This document shows positions 40,258 through 50,986 of a DNA stretch of 64,000 nucleotides, piece after piece. The notes below the pieces were generated by a model. That model had not been told where the DNA came from, did no database searches, and saw only the letters and a program-made list of their open reading frames with translations. The DNA lies in assembly GCA_963825135.1 (NCBI GenBank), contig CAWGRW010000009.1, forward strand, positions 768,001 to 832,000, written 5' to 3'. The translations under genes and the position numbers were made by a program. Each line of letters starts with the position of its first letter. The first letter of the stretch is position 1. The DNA comes from an uncultured bacterium (lineage in GTDB: Bacteria > Desulfobacterota_D > UBA1144 > Nemesobacterales > UBA2774).

Positions 40258-41439
40258 TTACCTGAGGAAGCTTTCCAGATGGTCTTTGATGTCCGAATTG
40301 GCGAGCTTGCCGAGGGCGGCCTTCTCAATCTGCCTTATTCTCTCGCGCGTCAGGTTGAACTTTCTGCCGATCTCGTCGAGGGTATAGGTGCTGTGCTGAT
40401 CGATCCCGAACCTGAGCCTTAATATCTCTTCTTCCCTCGGATTGAGAAGCATCAGCGCCTCCCTGAGCTTATCCGTGAGGTCCGATTTGGCGACGAGGGA
40501 ATCCGGGATAACCGTATCATTATCGGCGATAGAATCGAGAAGCGTCGTTTTCTCTCCGTCGAGGATAGGGGTATCGAGACTTATGGCGTCCTTAGTGGAC
40601 CGTAAAATACGTTTTACGACCTCAACCGATATGCCCGATTTACGGGCGATTTCCTTAGGGGTCGGCTTCCTGCCCAGCTTCTTCGCAAGGAGAGCATTCA
40701 CCTTATATACCCTGTTGGCCTGCTCCAGGAGATAAACAGGGACCTTAATCGTCCTCGTCTGGCCCTGAAGAGCCCTCAGAATAGCCTGATGTATCCACCA
40801 TGAAGCGTATGTCGAGAACTTAAAGCCCTTTCTGTGATCGAACCTTTCGACGGCCCTCATCAGCCCCATATTCCCTTCCTGTATGAGGTCCGAAAGCGGG
40901 AGCCCCCTACCCATATACTTTCTGGATATAGTAATAACCAGCCTCAAGTTCGCCTTCACGAACCTCTGTTTATACCTCTTGGCATTTTCCGAATAAACTC
41001 TGATAAAAGCGTTTAAGCTCTTTATGCGCTTTTCGAGATACCCGTTCTTTAGTCCGTTATGTCCGTTCCTGCGTCCGTTAAATCCGTTTATCCTTACCTT
41101 TCCGTCGGCAAGCTTCCCGACGATGCCCACGAGTTCTCTCGACCTCGATTCGCATTTCTTTATCTTTGCCGAAATTTCAACCTCTTCCTGGGCGGTAAAA
41201 AGGGGCTCGACCGACATATCCTTGAAGTAGACGTATAGCAGTCGCAGCTGCTCGTCAGGGGTATCGTCGGTCTTTGACTTCGGGCTTACAGTGCCCGAAT
41301 CGTATTCGCTTTCGTTATTTTCTTCCCTTGCGTAACTATCCTTAAAATTTATGGAAGAAACCTCGTCGACTTCTCTTTCGAACTCTCCATGCTCACTGAC
41401 AGATACAGTTTCATCGAACTCGTTGTATTTTGTTTCCAT
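40258..41439 (-). CDS. RNA polymerase sigma-70 factor, RpoD/RpoS-like alternative sigma
   Basis: ANLRLV, DLIQEGNMGLMRAVERFD, KFSTYASWW, region 4 TLDEIG...TRERIRQIE. Confidence 0.92.
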   Translation of the reverse strand: METKYNEFDETVSVSEHGEFEREVDEVSSINFKDSYAREENNESEYDSGTVSPKSKTDDTPDEQLRLLYVYFKDMSVEPLFTAQEEVEISAKIKKCESRSRELVGIVGKLADGKVRINGFNGRRNGHNGLKNGYLEKRIKSLNAFIRVYSENAKRYKQRFVKANLRLVITISRKYMGRGLPLSDLIQEGNMGLMRAVERFDHRKGFKFSTYASWWIHQAILRALQGQTRTIKVPVYLLEQANRVYKVNALLAKKLGRKPTPKEIARKSGISVEVVKRILRSTKDAISLDTPILDGEKTTLLDSIADNDTVIPDSLVAKSDLTDKLREALMLLNPREEEILRLRFGIDQHSTYTLDEIGRKFNLTRERIRQIEKAALGKLANSDIKDHLESFLR

Positions 41440-41698
41440 ATCTTCTTCCTTTTATCGATATTCAACTGCTGAAACATAAATGAAGATGTTTCCGGGTTTT
41501 ACTTCGCTCGAATAATGTTCGGAAACGAAAGGGGCGGGAAATTACCATTCCTCCTGATACAAACCCTGACACGTAGATAGCTATACTTTTATACAATCCG
41601 TTACCGTAAACTCAGCAATTTCTTCGAAATTTACAAATGTAAAACGTTCTTCCTTCCGGTTACCGCCAATTCTATCAAATTCTAAAAATTATTGCAAC

Positions 41699-42310
41699 CT
41701 ACTTTGCAGCCGCGTAATTCGAAGCGACCTGTTTCCAGTTAACGACGTTCCACCAAGCCGCAACATAGTCGGGCCTTCTGTTCTGATAGTGGAGATAATA
41801 GGCATGTTCCCACACGTCAAGCCCGAGTATGGGGGTGCTCCCCTCCGATAACGGACTATCCTGGTTTGGCGTCGATGTTAAGGCCAGCTTACCCCCTCCA
41901 TCGACCGAGAGCCATGCCCAGCCGCTTCCGAACCTTCCTGCGGCAGCCTTTGAGAACTGGTCCTTAAAGGCATCGAAACCGCCGAATGTCGATTTTATCG
42001 CCCCGGCCAGCTCGCCCGCGGGTTCTCCTCCGGCCTTCGGACCCATAATGGTCCAGAACAGGCTGTGGTTGGCGTGCCCGCCGCCGTTATTCCTGACCGC
42101 GGTCCTTATATCCTCCGGCACGGCGTTCAGATCCCTTATCAGGTCCTCAACGCTCTTCTCCGCGAGCGCGGGGTGCTTTTCAAGCGCGGCGTTTAGATTG
42201 TTAATATATGTCTGATGGTGTTTTGTATAATGAATCTCCATGGTACGGGCATCGATATGAGGCTCCAAGGCATCGTAACCATAAGGAAGCTTGGGTAATT
42301 GGTGCGGCAT
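41699..42310 (-). CDS. sodA: Superoxide dismutase [Mn/Fe]
   Basis: [34 protein letters not shown]. Confidence 0.93.
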   Translation of the reverse strand: MPHQLPKLPYGYDALEPHIDARTMEIHYTKHHQTYINNLNAALEKHPALAEKSVEDLIRDLNAVPEDIRTAVRNNGGGHANHSLFWTIMGPKAGGEPAGELAGAIKSTFGGFDAFKDQFSKAAAGRFGSGWAWLSVDGGGKLALTSTPNQDSPLSEGSTPILGLDVWEHAYYLHYQNRRPDYVAAWWNVVNWKQVASNYAAAK

Positions 42311-42548
42311 TGCTTCTCCCCCTAGAACTTAATTTTTTTATGGAGAACCGATGTTTCACATTAAAAAATCGATTAAAATCACGGAAAGCCGACATTAAAA
42401 CCCTCAGGGCTTCCGTCACCCGGTTAACCTACTTATACTAACCTTAAATACTGGTCGTGTCAAAATATTTTCTGCATTACAAAAGCGGCGATTTTTATCT
42501 TCCGGCAGACCTCCGGTATATTAAACAAAGGGTCGGGGCATGCCGAGA

Positions 42549-42624
42549 TTGACAGCGCTTTTCATAACTGGTAATTTCTACCATATAGTAATATGCATAT
42601 TATGGATACATAATATCCATATTA
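42549..42624 (+). promoter_or_regulatory. rrf2-suf promoter and palindromic operator
   Basis: TTGACA at 42549, TAATTT 17 nt later; TAATATGCATATTA (42589-42602) and TAATATCCATATTA (42611-42624). Confidence 0.65.
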
Positions 42625-42634
42625 GGAAATCAAT

Positions 42635-43063
42635 ATGCAGGTAACAAAGACCCTGGACTACGCGGTAAGGTCGTTAACTTATATGGGCAACGAGCCCATA
42701 GGCAAGCACAGTATGAAGGAAATTTCCGAGAACCAGCACATACCATTAAATTATCTTGCCAAGATTATGAGGAGGCTGGTTAAGAAAGGAATCGTCAAAT
42801 CGATGGTCGGGCCCTCGGGAGGATATACACTCCGCAGATCCCCGAGTGACATTAGCTTACGGGACATATATGAAGCTATAGAGGGAGAGATAAGGATAGT
42901 GGACTGCATGGATAGAAACGCTATCTGCCATTTGCACGAAACGTGCCCCCAGCTGCCGGTTTGGGACAGGGTGCAGCTATCGATGGTAAAAATACTGGAA
43001 GAGACGACACTCGCACAGATGCTTACGGAAAGAGGCGTTCGCGGCTTTGCGAGGGTGAACTAA
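42635..43063 (+). CDS. Rrf2-family transcriptional regulator (IscR/SufR-like)
   Basis: DYAVRSL, wHTH, GPSGGY, three Cys (CMDRNAICHLHETC). Confidence 0.9.
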   Translation: MQVTKTLDYAVRSLTYMGNEPIGKHSMKEISENQHIPLNYLAKIMRRLVKKGIVKSMVGPSGGYTLRRSPSDISLRDIYEAIEGEIRIVDCMDRNAICHLHETCPQLPVWDRVQLSMVKILEETTLAQMLTERGVRGFARVN

Positions 43064-43075
43064 GGAGGGTTTTAA

Positions 43076-44512
43076 ATGAGTATCGATTTAGAGAAATTGG
43101 CCGAGCAGGAATATAAATATGGGTTCTTTACGGATATCGAGCAGGAGATCGCCCCGAAAGGGCTCAATGAAGATACTATAAGGCTGATTTCGAGCAAGAA
43201 GGAAGAACCGGAATGGCTCCTCGAATGGAGATTAAAAGCCTATAAACACTGGCTTACGATGAAGGAGCCCAGGTGGGCCCACGTTTCCTTTCCCCCCATA
43301 GATTATCAGAACATAAGCTATTACGCCGCTCCCAAAGTGAAGGAAGGACCCAAGAGTCTGGACGACATAGACCCTGAGATTAGAAAAACGTACGAAAAAT
43401 TAGGCATACCGCTTGACGAGCAGATGATGCTCGCCGGGGTTGCCGTGGATGCGGTATTTGACAGCGTTTCGGTAATTACGACGTTTAAGGAAAAGCTCGC
43501 CGAGGCGGGAGTGATATTCTGCTCCATATCGGAGGCCGTGCGGGAACACCCCGAGCTCGTAAAAAAGTATCTCGGGTTCGTGGTCCCTCAACACGACAAC
43601 TTCTACGCCGCGCTTAACTCGGCGGTATTCACGGACGGCTCGTTCGTTTACATCCCCAGGGGAGTCCGCTGCCCCATGGAGCTCTCGACATACTTCAGAA
43701 TAAACGCAGAAAGCACCGGGCAGTTCGAGAGGACGCTGATAATCGCGGAGGAGGGGAGTTACGTGAGCTACCTCGAGGGGTGCACCGCGCCCAAGAGGGA
43801 CGAGAACCAGCTCCACGCCGCCGTTGTCGAGCTAATAGCCCACAAGGACGCGACGATAAAGTACTCGACTATCCAGAACTGGTATCCGGGCAACGCCGAG
43901 GGCGAGGGCGGTATCTACAACTTCGTCACCAAGAGGGGAAGGTGCGTGGGGCGGAACTCCCGCATCTCCTGGACGCAGGTGGAGACGGGCTCGGCAATCA
44001 CATGGAAATACCCGAGCTGTATACTCGAAGGCGACGATTCCACAGGGGAGTTCTACTCCGTAGCCCTCACGAACAGGCGCCAGCAGGCGGATACGGGGAC
44101 AAAAATGATACACATAGGAAAGAACACGAGCAGCACTATAGTATCGAAAGGCATCTCGGCCGGCCATGGGCAGAACACGTACAGGGGCCTCGTGCAGATC
44201 GGAAAGGATGCCTCGGGCGCGCGCAACTATACGCAGTGCGATTCGATGCTGATCGGGGATAAATGCGGGGCGCACACGTTCCCGTATATAGAGGTAAAGA
44301 ATTCGACCGCTCAGATGGAGCACGAAGCCTCGACCTCGAAGATCGGCGAAGACCAGATATTTTATTGCCAGCAGCGCGGACTATCGGCGGAAAACGCTGT
44401 ATCGCTGATAGTGAACGGCTTCTGCAGGGAGGTCTTCAAGGAGCTCCCGTTCGAGTTCGCCATAGAGGCTGAAAAGCTTCTGAGCATAAGCCTAGAGGGT
44501 AGCGTCGGATAA
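43076..44512 (+). CDS. sufB: Fe-S cluster assembly protein SufB
   Basis: [37 protein letters not shown]. Confidence 0.96.
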   Translation: MSIDLEKLAEQEYKYGFFTDIEQEIAPKGLNEDTIRLISSKKEEPEWLLEWRLKAYKHWLTMKEPRWAHVSFPPIDYQNISYYAAPKVKEGPKSLDDIDPEIRKTYEKLGIPLDEQMMLAGVAVDAVFDSVSVITTFKEKLAEAGVIFCSISEAVREHPELVKKYLGFVVPQHDNFYAALNSAVFTDGSFVYIPRGVRCPMELSTYFRINAESTGQFERTLIIAEEGSYVSYLEGCTAPKRDENQLHAAVVELIAHKDATIKYSTIQNWYPGNAEGEGGIYNFVTKRGRCVGRNSRISWTQVETGSAITWKYPSCILEGDDSTGEFYSVALTNRRQQADTGTKMIHIGKNTSSTIVSKGISAGHGQNTYRGLVQIGKDASGARNYTQCDSMLIGDKCGAHTFPYIEVKNSTAQMEHEASTSKIGEDQIFYCQQRGLSAENAVSLIVNGFCREVFKELPFEFAIEAEKLLSISLEGSVG

Positions 44513-44564
44513 TAATAGCCGCCCGAAGTTGTTACCTTCAAAGAAAGAACCAAGGAGACTCGAC

Positions 44565-45329
44565 ATGTTGGAAATCAGGAATCTGCACGTAAAAGTTGCG
44601 GATCAGGAAATACTCAAAGGGCTCAATCTGAAAGTGAATGCGGGAGAAGTGCATTCGATCATGGGTCCGAACGGCTCGGGGAAGAGCACCCTGGCGCAGG
44701 TCCTCGCCGGGCGCGCATCATACGAGGTCACGGAGGGGGAAATCATATTCGAAGGGAAAGACCTCCTCGAGCTCGCCCCCGAAGAGAGGGCGTGCGAAGG
44801 GATATTCATGGCGTTTCAGTACCCGGTCGAGATACCGGGCGTAGCGAATACTTATCTCCTGAGAGAGGCGTTGAATTCTATCCGTAAATACAGGGGGCTC
44901 GAGCCTCTCAAACACGTGGAATTCGCGAGATTCGCCAAGGAAAAAATGGGCATGATGGGAATGGCGGACAACCTCCTGAAGCGCTCAGTCAACGAGGGGT
45001 TCTCGGGCGGAGAGAAAAAGAAGAACGAAATATTTCAGATGCAGATACTCGAGCCCAGGCTCGCGATTCTGGACGAGACCGATTCCGGCCTCGATATAGA
45101 CGCCCTTAAAGTGGTGGCCGACGGCGTAAACGCCCTCAGGAGCCCCGAGAGGGCGTTCATAGTGATTACTCATTATCAGAGGCTGCTCGATTACATAGTC
45201 CCTGATTTCGTGCACGTGCTCGTCAACGGACAGATAATCAAGTCGGGCGGAAAGGAGCTCGCCTTCGAGCTTGAGGACAGGGGCTACGGCTGGGTGGAAG
45301 AGGAAGCCAGGAAAGCGGTCAACAATTAA
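44565..45329 (+). CDS. sufC: Fe-S cluster assembly ATPase SufC
   Basis: GPNGSGKST, FQYPVEIPGV, FSGGEKKKNE, LDETDSGLD; ATG at 44565 after AAGGAG. Confidence 0.96.
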   Translation: MLEIRNLHVKVADQEILKGLNLKVNAGEVHSIMGPNGSGKSTLAQVLAGRASYEVTEGEIIFEGKDLLELAPEERACEGIFMAFQYPVEIPGVANTYLLREALNSIRKYRGLEPLKHVEFARFAKEKMGMMGMADNLLKRSVNEGFSGGEKKKNEIFQMQILEPRLAILDETDSGLDIDALKVVADGVNALRSPERAFIVITHYQRLLDYIVPDFVHVLVNGQIIKSGGKELAFELEDRGYGWVEEEARKAVNN

Positions 45330-45343
45330 GGAGAATTAACCAG

Positions 45344-46687
45344 ATGGGCATTAGTATTGGTAAAGAAGACGACGGTTATTCGAAGGGGTTCGAAGAGTTC
45401 AGGAAAGAGGCCCCGGGCAATGAAATGCCGTGGATGGAATCGCTCCGCGAAGAAGGGATCAGGAAATTCGCCGAGCTCGGGTTCCCCACCCCCGAAAATG
45501 AGGACTGGCGGTTCACGAACGTAACCCCCATTGCAAGGACGACTTTCAGCATAGAAAAGAACGGACACGGGCGGGTTACCCCCGGGGACTTAAACAGGTT
45601 TACATTCCCTAAATTGAAAACTATCAGGCTCGTATTCATAGACGGGTCGTATTCCCCCGAGCTGTCCGGTTCGTCGGATGTGCCCGGGGGAGTGAAGGTC
45701 CTGAGCCTGGCTTCGGCTCTGGGGAGCGAAGAAGCGCTGGTGAAAAAATATCTCTCTAAATACGCCGATTTCAGTAACGAAGCGTTCACCGCGCTCAATA
45801 CGGCGTTCATGCAGGACGGAGGGTTCGTATATATACCCCGCGGCACACTGCTTAAAGAGCCCGTGCACCTCCTCTACGTTACGGTAAAGAGCGAGCAGAC
45901 CACGATAACGAACCCGCGGAACCTCATAGTCGTAGAAGACAACTGCGAGGCCGATATCATCGAGCACTATGTATCTCTGGACGAGGGTGTTTATTTTTCG
46001 AACGTGGTGACGGAGCTCATAGTCGGCGAGAACAGCTCGGTCGGCCATTACATGATCGAATGCGAGAGCAGGAAGGCATTTAACGTCTCGACGCTCCGCG
46101 TGGAGCAGGGACGGAGCTCGAATATCCGCTCGCACTCTGTACTCCTGGGCGGAGCGCTCGTCAGAAACAACGTCCACCCGGTGCTTGCCGGGGAGGGATG
46201 CGACTCGCTCATTAACGGGCTCTTTATGTCCACGGGCAGGCAGCACATGGACAACTACATGAAGGTCGAGCACAGAAGCCCGCACTGCGAAAGCAGGCAG
46301 TTCTATAACGGAGTCCTCGACGGCAGGTCGAGGGGGGTGTTCCACGGTCGCATTATAGTGCACAAGGACGCCCAGAAGACGGACGCGAAGCAGACCAACC
46401 GCAACCTCCTGCTCTCCGACAACGCGCAGATCGATACGAAGCCGCAGCTCGAGATCTACGCCGACGACGTAAAATGCACCCACGGTGCGACTATAGGACA
46501 GATGGACGAGAACGCGATATTTTACCTCCGCTCGCGCGGGATTAGCGAGGACGCGGCAAGGGAGATACTCCTTGGCGCGTTCACGAGCGCCACGCTCGAA
46601 AGCATGCGGCTGGAAGAGATCAGACATTACTGTGAAGCGCTGGTATCCGAATGGTTCGACCGGCGAAAACATCCAGAAGCAAATTAA
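45344..46687 (+). CDS. sufD: Fe-S cluster assembly protein SufD
   Basis: EDWRFT, KPQLEIYADDVKCTHGAT, FYLRSRG. Confidence 0.94.
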   Translation: MGISIGKEDDGYSKGFEEFRKEAPGNEMPWMESLREEGIRKFAELGFPTPENEDWRFTNVTPIARTTFSIEKNGHGRVTPGDLNRFTFPKLKTIRLVFIDGSYSPELSGSSDVPGGVKVLSLASALGSEEALVKKYLSKYADFSNEAFTALNTAFMQDGGFVYIPRGTLLKEPVHLLYVTVKSEQTTITNPRNLIVVEDNCEADIIEHYVSLDEGVYFSNVVTELIVGENSSVGHYMIECESRKAFNVSTLRVEQGRSSNIRSHSVLLGGALVRNNVHPVLAGEGCDSLINGLFMSTGRQHMDNYMKVEHRSPHCESRQFYNGVLDGRSRGVFHGRIIVHKDAQKTDAKQTNRNLLLSDNAQIDTKPQLEIYADDVKCTHGATIGQMDENAIFYLRSRGISEDAAREILLGAFTSATLESMRLEEIRHYCEALVSEWFDRRKHPEAN

Positions 46688-46724
46688 AACACAAACTCCA
46701 GAACAAACCCGCGAGACTAATGCG

Positions 46725-47039
46725 ATGGCAGAGTATGAAAAGATAGCAAAGACTTCGGACGTCCCGCCCGGGGAGGTGAGGTCCTTTGCCCTCGGGAGCG
46801 AAACGGTCGCCGTATGCAACGTGGACGGCCGTTTTTACGCGTTCAGGGACGAATGCACGCACCAGGCCTACCCGCTTTCAGACGGCATACTCGAGGGCAG
46901 GAAACTCACCTGCATCTACCACGGGGCCGAGTTCGACGTCGAAACGGGCGATGCCCTCTGCCTCCCCGCGACCGATGCGGTCGAAACATATAGCGTAAAA
47001 GTGGAAGGGGACGATATCTACGTCCTGATCGAGGATTAA
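46725..47039 (+). CDS. Rieske [2Fe-2S] ferredoxin
   Basis: CTH...CIYH Rieske ligands; start chosen at ATG 46725. Confidence 0.9.
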   Translation: MAEYEKIAKTSDVPPGEVRSFALGSETVAVCNVDGRFYAFRDECTHQAYPLSDGILEGRKLTCIYHGAEFDVETGDALCLPATDAVETYSVKVEGDDIYVLIED

Positions 47040-47117
47040 ACTTATTTCAATTCCATTACGCCAATCCCTTTAAGAGTCAGTTTGGTGAGGCATTCTCAAT
47101 ATAAAGCTCCCGAGAAT

Positions 47118-47474
47118 ATGAACATCCGAATAAAACGCGTCTACGATAAACCGGAAGCCGGGGACGGCGTCCGTATATTGGTGGAGAGGCTCTGGCCGAG
47201 AGGGCTGTCGAAGAAAGAGGCTAAAGTGGATATCTGGTTAAAGGAAATAGCGCCTTCGACTGGGCTCCGCAAATGGTTCTCCCACGACCCCGCGAAATGG
47301 GAGGAGTTCAGGAGACGCTACTATAGCGAGCTGGATCAAAACGGGGATGCGGTAAATGAGTTATTAGGGATTACGGAGGGAAGAGACGTCGCTTTCGTCT
47401 ACGGCTCGAGGGAAAAGGTGTATAACAGCGCCATAGCGCTGAAATCATACATTGAGAGGCTTGTTAAAACCTAA
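47118..47474 (+). CDS. DUF488 (YeaO-like) protein
   Basis: IKRVYD, RLWPRG, APSTGLRKWF.HDP. Confidence 0.9.
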   Translation: MNIRIKRVYDKPEAGDGVRILVERLWPRGLSKKEAKVDIWLKEIAPSTGLRKWFSHDPAKWEEFRRRYYSELDQNGDAVNELLGITEGRDVAFVYGSREKVYNSAIALKSYIERLVKT

Positions 47475-48196
47475 ATCGCCTGCTGAGCCGTAAGCTGCAT
47501 GCCCGCTTTGGCTACCTCCCCGAATTCCGAGAACTTCTTCAGGCGAACGCCGTGATTATCAACCGTAACATAATGGCAATGCCTGTCGCTCCAGCAGCCG
47601 GTGTTGAAGTACTCTACCCCGCTCTCCTTGATGTTATCAGCCCGGTGCGTGTGACCGCAGAAAACAAAATCCGCGCCTTTATTCTTAGCGTATTCGATAG
47701 CGCCGTCGGTCACTATGCCGGAGGAGCGCTTCCACGAGCCATTCTCGAAACAGAGGTCGTGGAATATGTCTCTTTCGGTCATGATGTCGATCCTCCTCAG
47801 CGACCTGTACAACCAGCCCGCGCAGGAGGGAAGGAAGTTATTTTCCCTGCAATATTGATCGAACTGATGACCGTGTATGGCGAGGAACCTCTTCCCGTTC
47901 ACTCCCCATTCGAGCTCTTTTACGGCCTCGATGTTCAGGAGGGACGGGATGGTATCGTATAACCCTTCGTCGTGGTTCCCCTCCACCCATATTATCTCGC
48001 TCTGACGGGTCATGCTTCTGATAAGGTCGAGGAAATCCCATTCGTCCTCGCGGAGCCTGACGGCGTGAGACTTATCGAAGAGGTCACCGAGAATTATCAG
48101 CCTGCTGAAACTGACGGACCTCAGGAACGCAGACAATTCTTTTGCCTTATTAAAACTAGACCCCAGGTGTACATCGGAGACTATAAGTGTTGTCAT
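47471..48196 (-). CDS. Calcineurin-like metallophosphoesterase (LpxH/PlcP-like)
   Basis: SDVHLG, GDLFD, GNHD, HGHQFD, GHTH, NTGCW. Confidence 0.85.
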   Translation of the reverse strand: MTTLIVSDVHLGSSFNKAKELSAFLRSVSFSRLIILGDLFDKSHAVRLREDEWDFLDLIRSMTRQSEIIWVEGNHDEGLYDTIPSLLNIEAVKELEWGVNGKRFLAIHGHQFDQYCRENNFLPSCAGWLYRSLRRIDIMTERDIFHDLCFENGSWKRSSGIVTDGAIEYAKNKGADFVFCGHTHRADNIKESGVEYFNTGCWSDRHCHYVTVDNHGVRLKKFSEFGEVAKAGMQLTAQQAI

Positions 48197-48314
48197 AGTG
48201 TATCCATCATCCTCCTTTGAATTGTCGGTATCGGCAGGCGCGGTACCCCGCTCACCGCCGTGTCATCGTCCATATAGTCAAGACCGATCATACTATTGTT
48301 ATAACGGATGTTAT

Positions 48315-48351
48315 TTAAGGGAGTTTTAGGGTTTGTTTAAGGATGTGTTAA
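48315..48351 (-). promoter_or_regulatory. Four 11-bp-spaced direct repeats (Pho/OmpR-family box-like)
   Basis: Minus strand TTAACACATCC TTAAACAAACC CTAAAACTCCC TTAA, followed by a TATAAC -10-like hexamer. Confidence 0.55.
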
Positions 48352-48592
48352 AAAGAGCGATAAATAGAGAAAATACGTGCCGAATTCGAATATTAGCAGC
48401 CGAATTTAATGCAGGATGTAAAGTCTGGAGGAGCTCCGAACAATCCCCGGACTCCTCCGAGAGGGATTTATTAGCGCGTGAGTGGGAGAAGCGGGAGCCG
48501 GGCCTTTATTCGGTGCCGAAGCCCTGTGAGGAGTCAAGCCCGGCGAGCTCAGTGAATACCCTGAAAGAGTATCGGTTATCCCTTTCGGGCAC

Positions 48593-50296
48593 TCAATCCG
48601 TCACCGCGCCTTCCGACGCGGACGATACGAGCTTCGCGTATTTTGCGAGCGCGCCCCTCTCGGCCTTGGGTTTCGGCTTCTTCCACTCAGAGAGACGCCT
48701 TTTTATTTCGCTCTTCGGGATTTCGAGATTTATCTCTCTCTTAATGGCGTCGATCGTTATGGTGTCGCCGTTCTTGATTATGGCAATCGCTCCGCCGTCG
48801 AAGGCTTCAGGGGTAATGTGGCCGACGACAAAACCGTGCGTCCCTCCCGAGAACCTCCCGTCCGTGATCAGGGCCACGTCCTTGCCCAATCCCTTTCCCA
48901 TAGCGGCAGAGGTCGGAGAGAGCATCTCTCTCATTCCGGGACCGCCGCGCGGACCCTCGTACCGGATTACTATCACGTGCCCCTTTTTAACCTTTCCGCC
49001 GAGAATCGCCTTCAATGCATCTTCCTCCGAGTCGAATACTATTGCTTTACCGGTGAACGAAACCCCTTCCTGCCCCGAGATCTTCGCGACCGCGCCCTCG
49101 GCCGCGAGGTTCCCCCTGAGGATCACAATATGGCTGTCTTTCTTGAGGGGATTTCCGACCGGACGGACGATCTCCTGACCCTTCGGATAGCTCCCCGCGT
49201 GCATCAGATTCTCCTTTACCGTTTTCCCCGTTACAGTGAGGCAATCGCCGTGAATGAGCCCCTCGTCGAGAAGCATTTTCATGAGCGGAGTGAGGCCCCC
49301 TATCCTGCAGAAGTCGGCCATCATGAACCTGCCGCTGGGCTTGAGGTCGGCAAGGACCGGCGCCCTTTTCCCTATGCGCGTAAAGTCGTCGATCGAGAGC
49401 CTGACATTCGATGCGTTAGCCATGGCGAGCAGGTGCAGGACGGCGTTCGTCGACCCGCCGAGCGCAATGACGACGGTTATCGCGTTCTCGAAAGCCTTGC
49501 GGGTCATTATGTCTCTCGGGCGTATATTATTCTTTATCATGCTGACCACGGCTGCTCCCGCATTGATACAGTCTTTTTTCTTTTCCTCGGAGATCGCGGC
49601 CTGAGCCGAGCTGTTCGGCAGACTCATCCCCAGGGCCTCGATTGCGGACGCCATCGTATTTGCCGTGTACATGCCGCCGCAGGAGCCCGGACCCGGAATC
49701 GCATGGGTTTCGATACTCCTGAGCTGCCCGTCCGAGATGTCTTTATTCGCGTGTGCGCCGACAGCCTCGAAAACCGATACGATATCGACGGGCTTGCCGT
49801 TATAGAACCCGGGCATTATAGTCCCTCCGTAAACGAATACGGAAGGCCTGTTGAGTCGCGCCATCGCGATCACGCACCCGGGCATGTTTTTATCGCAGCC
49901 GCCTATGGCGACGACGCCGTCGAACCCCTCGGCTCCGGCTACTGTCTCGATAGAATCCGCAATTACCTCTCTTGAAACGAGTGAATACCTCATCCCGGGC
50001 GTACCCATGGATATGCCGTCTGACACGGTTATCGTGTTGAATATGATTGCTTTCCCTCCAGCTTTGTCGGCCCCGTGCGCCGCGTCCAATGCAAGCTTGT
50101 CAATATGCATATTGCACGGGGTCACCATGCTCCATGTAGACGCGATACCGATAACGGGTTTCAGAAAATCCTTGTCCTTAAATCCCACGGCTCTCAACAT
50201 GGAGCGGTTGGGGGCTCTGTCCGCCCCTTCCACGACGATCGAAGAGTACTTCCGCAGCTTATCTGATTTCATATCCGGGCGTGGTTTCTTGTCCAA
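48593..50296 (-). CDS. ilvD: Dihydroxy-acid dehydratase
   Basis: [47 protein letters not shown]. Confidence 0.96.
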   Translation of the reverse strand: MDKKPRPDMKSDKLRKYSSIVVEGADRAPNRSMLRAVGFKDKDFLKPVIGIASTWSMVTPCNMHIDKLALDAAHGADKAGGKAIIFNTITVSDGISMGTPGMRYSLVSREVIADSIETVAGAEGFDGVVAIGGCDKNMPGCVIAMARLNRPSVFVYGGTIMPGFYNGKPVDIVSVFEAVGAHANKDISDGQLRSIETHAIPGPGSCGGMYTANTMASAIEALGMSLPNSSAQAAISEEKKKDCINAGAAVVSMIKNNIRPRDIMTRKAFENAITVVIALGGSTNAVLHLLAMANASNVRLSIDDFTRIGKRAPVLADLKPSGRFMMADFCRIGGLTPLMKMLLDEGLIHGDCLTVTGKTVKENLMHAGSYPKGQEIVRPVGNPLKKDSHIVILRGNLAAEGAVAKISGQEGVSFTGKAIVFDSEEDALKAILGGKVKKGHVIVIRYEGPRGGPGMREMLSPTSAAMGKGLGKDVALITDGRFSGGTHGFVVGHITPEAFDGGAIAIIKNGDTITIDAIKREINLEIPKSEIKRRLSEWKKPKPKAERGALAKYAKLVSSASEGAVTD

Positions 50297-50513
50297 CTTA
50301 AGCCTCCTGTCTAAGCCATAATGATGATTAAATAATTATCAACGTATTCCTTTTTCATGTCAATTGTGTGCTCCCGGTCAAAAAAAACGTTGAAAGTGCC
50401 CGTACAGACGGGCTATCATCTAAATAGAGACGGGAGGAGGCATGGACGGCCGAGGGTCTCGGAATTGTGCAATAGAACCCGCGGCCGGAGCTCATCTGCG
50501 GAGGGCATGCGCT

Positions 50514-50969
50514 ATGAAAGCATTGATAATAACCGTACTCGCAGGAGTGATCGGGACTGCGGGCATGAGCATTTTAATGTGGGGGATGACCCGCTCCGGA
50601 ATCGCGAATGCTGCAATGATACGGGCAATCGGCAGCCTGTTCACGCAGACCTATGAAGACTCGTTCGGACCCGGTCTCGTAGCCCATTTCGTTGTCGGAA
50701 TTATCATCGCGTTCGTTTATATCGCACTGATAAGTCTCTTCGCGCCGACCTCTCTGGCCGGGACAATTGCGCTCGGAGGAATGATCGGGTTTGCTCACGG
50801 GGTCGCCTTCGGATTTACACTCGTGGTCGCCGTAGCCGAGCACCACCCGCTCGAACAATTCAGGAACGCGGGCCTGGAAGTGGCAGTAGCGCATTTACTC
50901 GGTCATGTCGTATACGGAGTCCTCGTGGGTCTTGTCGTCGGCCTGACTGGCGTCAGGTTCTTCACGTGA
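50514..50969 (+). CDS. Four-TM membrane protein with His in TM helices
   Basis: Hydrophobic helices, AHFVVG, AHLLGHVVYG; start chosen at ATG 50514. Confidence 0.7.
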   Translation: MKALIITVLAGVIGTAGMSILMWGMTRSGIANAAMIRAIGSLFTQTYEDSFGPGLVAHFVVGIIIAFVYIALISLFAPTSLAGTIALGGMIGFAHGVAFGFTLVVAVAEHHPLEQFRNAGLEVAVAHLLGHVVYGVLVGLVVGLTGVRFFT

Positions 50970-50986
50970 AACGAATCGGGACTGAT

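Noticed and set aside
45590..46819. 409-aa ORF antisense to sufD
   Set aside because: Antisense shadow with no recognisable domain
48333..49975. Long plus-strand ORFs (281 and 385 aa) opposite ilvD
   Set aside because: Antisense shadows of a conserved gene
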